From UHGV virus genome UHGV-0208172: a stretch of 45,009 nt of DNA; one strand, written 5' to 3'. The DNA is from a virus. Below, in pieces: positions 41,359-45,009 of the stretch. The translations under genes were made by a program, and so were the position numbers. Numbering within the stretch: position 1 is the first letter of the stretch; the number at the start of each line of letters is the position of its first letter. A model generated the notes under the pieces. It was not told where the DNA came from. It worked only from the letters and a program-made list of their open reading frames with translations, and ran no database searches.

Positions 41359-43624
41359 TACCGCTAGCTTGATAGTACGAGTATCCTCGACCGGCGTCGA
41401 TAAAACCACATCGCAACTGAACGGCCTTACCAAAGCGGCTGGCGCTGCCGCCGCTGCCGTTGTTAGTCTGGAAACCGCTAAGCAGGTGTTCAGCGCACTG
41501 GTGGACTCCCAGCGAAACTTCGATAAGCTGAACTCCGGCCTCATCACAATGACCGGGAGTGCTGAGAACGCGGCTAAGGCTTTCAGCGTACTGCAACAGT
41601 TCGCAAAAGAGACCCCGTACGGTCTCAATCAGGCGGTCGAGGGCTTCACTAAACTTGTAGCCCTCGGTCTTAACCCAAGCAAAGAGGCGCTGATTTCCTA
41701 CGGCAACACCGCCGCGGCGATGGGTAAAGACCTTAATCAAATGATTGAGGCGGTGGCGGACGCCAGTACCTTTGAGTTTGAGCGACTGAAAGAGTTTGGC
41801 ATCAAGTCGTCACAGCAGGCGGATACAGTTTCTTTCACGTTCCGCGGTGTTACCACCACGGTTAAAAAGAACTCCGAAGAGATTCAGAAATATCTGTTAA
41901 ACATCGGTAACACTGATTTCGCCGGGGCTATGGAGACGCGCTCGAAGACATTAGATGGTCAGTTGTCGAGCCTCGCCGACTCCTTCGACGGCCTTGTTCT
42001 TGCGGTAGCGCAATCCGGTTTTGGCGATGCCGTAGGTGAGCAAGCAGCGATGGCGGAAGACGCAGTGACGGCGCTTACCGACGCCATCGCGTCTAATGAG
42101 ATAGCAGCCACACTCCAGGATTGGGCAACACTGTTCAATGAGTCGTTCAAGTTTATTTCTGATGCCTTGAACGACCTGGCATATGACACCGAGGACAAAT
42201 CCGCGGATATGTCAGATTCGCTTGGGACCATCCCTGACGCCATCCGTGAGTGGTTGCCCGACATCCAGCGGACATTCCACGAGGTTATTGCGTGGTTCCA
42301 GCGCATTGACGATTACGCCGTGGCGTTGGGCCAGACCCTTGCTGATGTGTTTGACCCGAGCAAAACGGCAGCGCTAACATTTAAAAACCTGACCGCAGAG
42401 GCTGACGCCGCATACGCCGCCAGCATAAAACGCGCAGAGGCGGAATCACAGGCCATTACCGACAGGTCTAAGCAGCGTAAGAAAGAAATTGAGGAACAGC
42501 GCAAGCAGTACGACGAGCGCAAGAAGCAAGAAATTGACTTAGCCAGCCTTGTTAATAAAAAGGGAGGAACTGGCAGTACCGGAAACGCCAACGATAAAGC
42601 AGCAAAAGCCGCCGCCAAGAAAGCAGAACAATTGCGGAATCAGGCCCAGGATTATCTGGACACTTTGGCCCGCCAGAACAACGACGAGATAAAGGCTATC
42701 GACGCGCAGGAACAGCAGAAACTGGCTAAGGCAAAAGAATTCTACAGTCAGGGCGCGCTGTCACTGAAAGAATACGAACAAGCAAAAACGGCTATTGTCC
42801 TCGAAGCTGGACAAAAACGACAAGATGAACTGGATAAACGCCAGAAAGAAGCCCAGGAAAAGCAACAGAAAGGCGACGACTTCATGGCTCAGATTATGGG
42901 TCAGAACGCTACTGAGCTTGAGCTTCTCGACATCCAGGAACAGCAGAAACTGGCAGTAGCGGATAAGTACCGTGAGCAGGGGCTTATTAGTGAGAAACAG
43001 TACCAGGCCGCGCTTAACGCCATCAACGAGCAATACGCAACCAAGCGTGCCGACGCAACGGCAACCGCCTTCGGTAACATGGCCTCAAACATCGGGTCTG
43101 CGTTGGGGGAGGCTTCTGGTGCATATAAGGCGTTCGCTATCGTACAGGCCACTATCGCCACGTACACCGCAGCTATTGAGGCGTACAAGTCCACGGCTGC
43201 CATCCCTGTAGTTGGTCCGTTCCTGGCCCCTGTAGCCGCTGCCGCTGCCGTTGGGGCAGGTATGGCGCAGGTTTCCGCTATAAGGTCCGCACGTGAACAG
43301 GGCGGTCAATTATCCGCGGGGCAGGCTTCCACCATCGCAGAACGCGGTAAACCAGAAGTTATCATGCCAGCTGGTGCGTCACGCGTGCGCACCGCGCAGC
43401 AGATGAAAGAAATTATGGGGCAAAACGGGTCTTCTTCCGGCCCGTCTAATGTTACTATCGTAAACAACACGAGTTCTCAAATCGGCAACGTATCCACCGA
43501 ACAAGATGATGAAGGCCGTTTGCGTATCATCATCGAAGAGCAAGTTGCCGCATCTTTGCAGAACAGCAACAGCAAGATTAGCAAGGCCCGCAAGGCCACA
43601 AGAAACGCGCCGGGGTTCAAATAA
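41336..43624 (+). CDS. tail tape measure protein
   Basis: 762 aa; Ala/Gln/Glu-rich, coiled-coil; follows chaperone genes. Confidence 0.85.
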   Translation: MKVEIMADTASLIVRVSSTGVDKTTSQLNGLTKAAGAAAAAVVSLETAKQVFSALVDSQRNFDKLNSGLITMTGSAENAAKAFSVLQQFAKETPYGLNQAVEGFTKLVALGLNPSKEALISYGNTAAAMGKDLNQMIEAVADASTFEFERLKEFGIKSSQQADTVSFTFRGVTTTVKKNSEEIQKYLLNIGNTDFAGAMETRSKTLDGQLSSLADSFDGLVLAVAQSGFGDAVGEQAAMAEDAVTALTDAIASNEIAATLQDWATLFNESFKFISDALNDLAYDTEDKSADMSDSLGTIPDAIREWLPDIQRTFHEVIAWFQRIDDYAVALGQTLADVFDPSKTAALTFKNLTAEADAAYAASIKRAEAESQAITDRSKQRKKEIEEQRKQYDERKKQEIDLASLVNKKGGTGSTGNANDKAAKAAAKKAEQLRNQAQDYLDTLARQNNDEIKAIDAQEQQKLAKAKEFYSQGALSLKEYEQAKTAIVLEAGQKRQDELDKRQKEAQEKQQKGDDFMAQIMGQNATELELLDIQEQQKLAVADKYREQGLISEKQYQAALNAINEQYATKRADATATAFGNMASNIGSALGEASGAYKAFAIVQATIATYTAAIEAYKSTAAIPVVGPFLAPVAAAAAVGAGMAQVSAIRSAREQGGQLSAGQASTIAERGKPEVIMPAGASRVRTAQQMKEIMGQNGSSSGPSNVTIVNNTSSQIGNVSTEQDDEGRLRIIIEEQVAASLQNSNSKISKARKATRNAPGFK

Positions 43625-45006
43625 TGACTGACTTATACTTTCCACGTAGCCTTAAGCCGGTGGTGTCGAAAGGCTACTCAATGACCAGACGTAACAACGT
43701 CTGGAGTGTAGATTTAGCTGGCGGCGGCGTACGTCAGGGCCGCGACACGTATTACGACGTGTTTCCGGTGAGCGTAACCCTGATTACATCCGCAATGGGG
43801 CGGCAGGCGTTTCTATCGTTCCTTGAAAAAGTAGACGGCGGTGCGTCAAGTTTCTGGATGGCGCACGACTTCGGCATGGGTATTGAAGATTATCAGGTAA
43901 CAATCACGTCCACCATCGCCGAGTCCACCGAAGACGGCATTAACTGGACTATTACTTTCACGGCAACCGCCGAGAAATCACCGTTCCAGGACCTTGAGAA
44001 CCAGTGCCTGATTAACAATCTGCCAGATTTGTATGGTTGTTACGGGGATTGTCTGGGTAGTTTCCTGAAAATATACGCGAACTACGAGACAACGTTCCCG
44101 CGCATCTGGAGCAATGAAGGGCCTGCAGGATACCCGCCGATTAACCTTCTGGCGTCGACTCTTGATAGCCGCATTGTGTATGACGGGCCGCAGGTTTATT
44201 ACATCAACCGCAACGGCAATCTTGTGCAGTCCGCCGCCAATGAATGGCCTCTTACGTTTATTGATGGAGTTGCCGTTGGGCGTGTGCCTCCGGAAAACCT
44301 CTCTACCAACCTTTACACAGAGAGCGCAACGCCTAATGCGTGGCCATATAGCTCCAGTCAACTTTCAGTCGTAACCATCAACGACGGGGATACAAATTTG
44401 ACAACAGGCGTGCTTACCACCGTGCAGTCAAGAGTTGACGCTCAGTTTTTGGTGCACGAGATGCAGATGGCCGCAGGGGATAAAGTCACATTTTCAGGGA
44501 GAGTAGCCGGAGTTTACGGGCGAATGCGCTGTCGTGTTGCGAAGGCTGGGGCATTCAGTGATTCATGTGATATTGAATTAGCGTCTGCGGGGGAGAGTCA
44601 CACAAGCAATTTCACCGCTAATGTCATAACAGAAAGCGACGGGTATATAAACTTTGACGCCACATTTACCGCCCCTGGGGATGATACCTACCTGCTTCAA
44701 ATGCGGGTAAGAGCCGCGGTTGGTGACGACAACATCCCTGTCGGAACAGTATTCAAAGCGCAAATGATGCAGTTGGAGGCTGGAGGTATCAGGTCTTCTT
44801 ATATCGCTACACCAGTAACCTCAGCCAACCGTACCGCCGCGTCGGCAAAAGTAGTAATGGGCGGCGCAACAAGCATCGACATTACCTACTCCGACGGCTC
44901 TGTGGTAAACGTTCCGTCTGTAGCTGATTACGCGATTATCCCGCAGGCCGATTCTGCGTGGGGTAGTAAATATATCACTCGTATTGATTTTAATGTGGAC
45001 GGCTAA
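43624..45006 (+). CDS. distal tail protein (gpM-like N-terminal domain with C-terminal extension)
   Basis: 460 aa; ATGA coupling to tape measure; N-terminal 110 aa resembles minor tail protein M family; stop 3 nt before window end. Confidence 0.6.
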   Translation: MTDLYFPRSLKPVVSKGYSMTRRNNVWSVDLAGGGVRQGRDTYYDVFPVSVTLITSAMGRQAFLSFLEKVDGGASSFWMAHDFGMGIEDYQVTITSTIAESTEDGINWTITFTATAEKSPFQDLENQCLINNLPDLYGCYGDCLGSFLKIYANYETTFPRIWSNEGPAGYPPINLLASTLDSRIVYDGPQVYYINRNGNLVQSAANEWPLTFIDGVAVGRVPPENLSTNLYTESATPNAWPYSSSQLSVVTINDGDTNLTTGVLTTVQSRVDAQFLVHEMQMAAGDKVTFSGRVAGVYGRMRCRVAKAGAFSDSCDIELASAGESHTSNFTANVITESDGYINFDATFTAPGDDTYLLQMRVRAAVGDDNIPVGTVFKAQMMQLEAGGIRSSYIATPVTSANRTAASAKVVMGGATSIDITYSDGSVVNVPSVADYAIIPQADSAWGSKYITRIDFNVDG

Positions 45007-45009
45007 CTT

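Noticed and set aside
1-45009. CRISPR array, integrase/recombinase, or transposase
   Set aside because: The repeated elements found are promoter/operator motifs and terminators at irregular spacing, not direct repeats with spacers. No tyrosine/serine recombinase or DDE transposase signature was seen in any frame. Lysogeny capacity cannot be excluded by eye but no integration module is evident.

Overview
The window reads as one complete, circularly permuted ~45 kb genome of a tailed dsDNA phage (siphovirus-like organisation, roughly 50% GC). The last tail ORF ends 3 nt before the window end and the tail module continues at base 1. I found no integrase, tRNA or CRISPR array. Modules in order: tail tip and tailspike (1-5530, +); a leftward replication module (5560-17930, -) with SNF2 helicase, compact C5-methyltransferase-like protein, VRR-NUC, family A DNA polymerase, SSB-like protein, Cas4-like Fe-S nuclease, primase-helicase and AlpA-like HTH, interrupted by one rightward Cro-like HTH gene; a divergent control region (17928-18385); rightward early genes (18386-24811) with many small ORFs, DUF551, a proteasome/HslV-like hydrolase and holin(s) plus GH24 endolysin; terminase, portal and morphogenesis genes (25031-29891); a reverse three-gene moron (29904-30679); spanins, scaffold, capsid, connector and tail tube genes (31062-37981); a reverse accessory cassette inside the tail module (38010-40421) with Imm-like membrane protein, HTH-metallophosphoesterase, PNK-type phosphatase and dNMP-kinase-like protein; then tail chaperones, tape measure and distal tail protein (40574-45006). 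Most notable findings: a recurring operator-like core (ACTATTCAC / GAATAG half-sites) inside at least eight sigma70-like promoters; a perfect 39-bp inverted repeat inside the nuclease coding sequence; a shared C-terminal EDLE tail on three replication proteins; a phage-encoded proteasome-like hydrolase; the nucleic-acid-end-processing-like cassette in the tail module; and a promoter-leader-terminator unit upstream of the spanin and capsid genes. All functional calls rest on motifs read by eye and on recalled family signatures; no database search was run.
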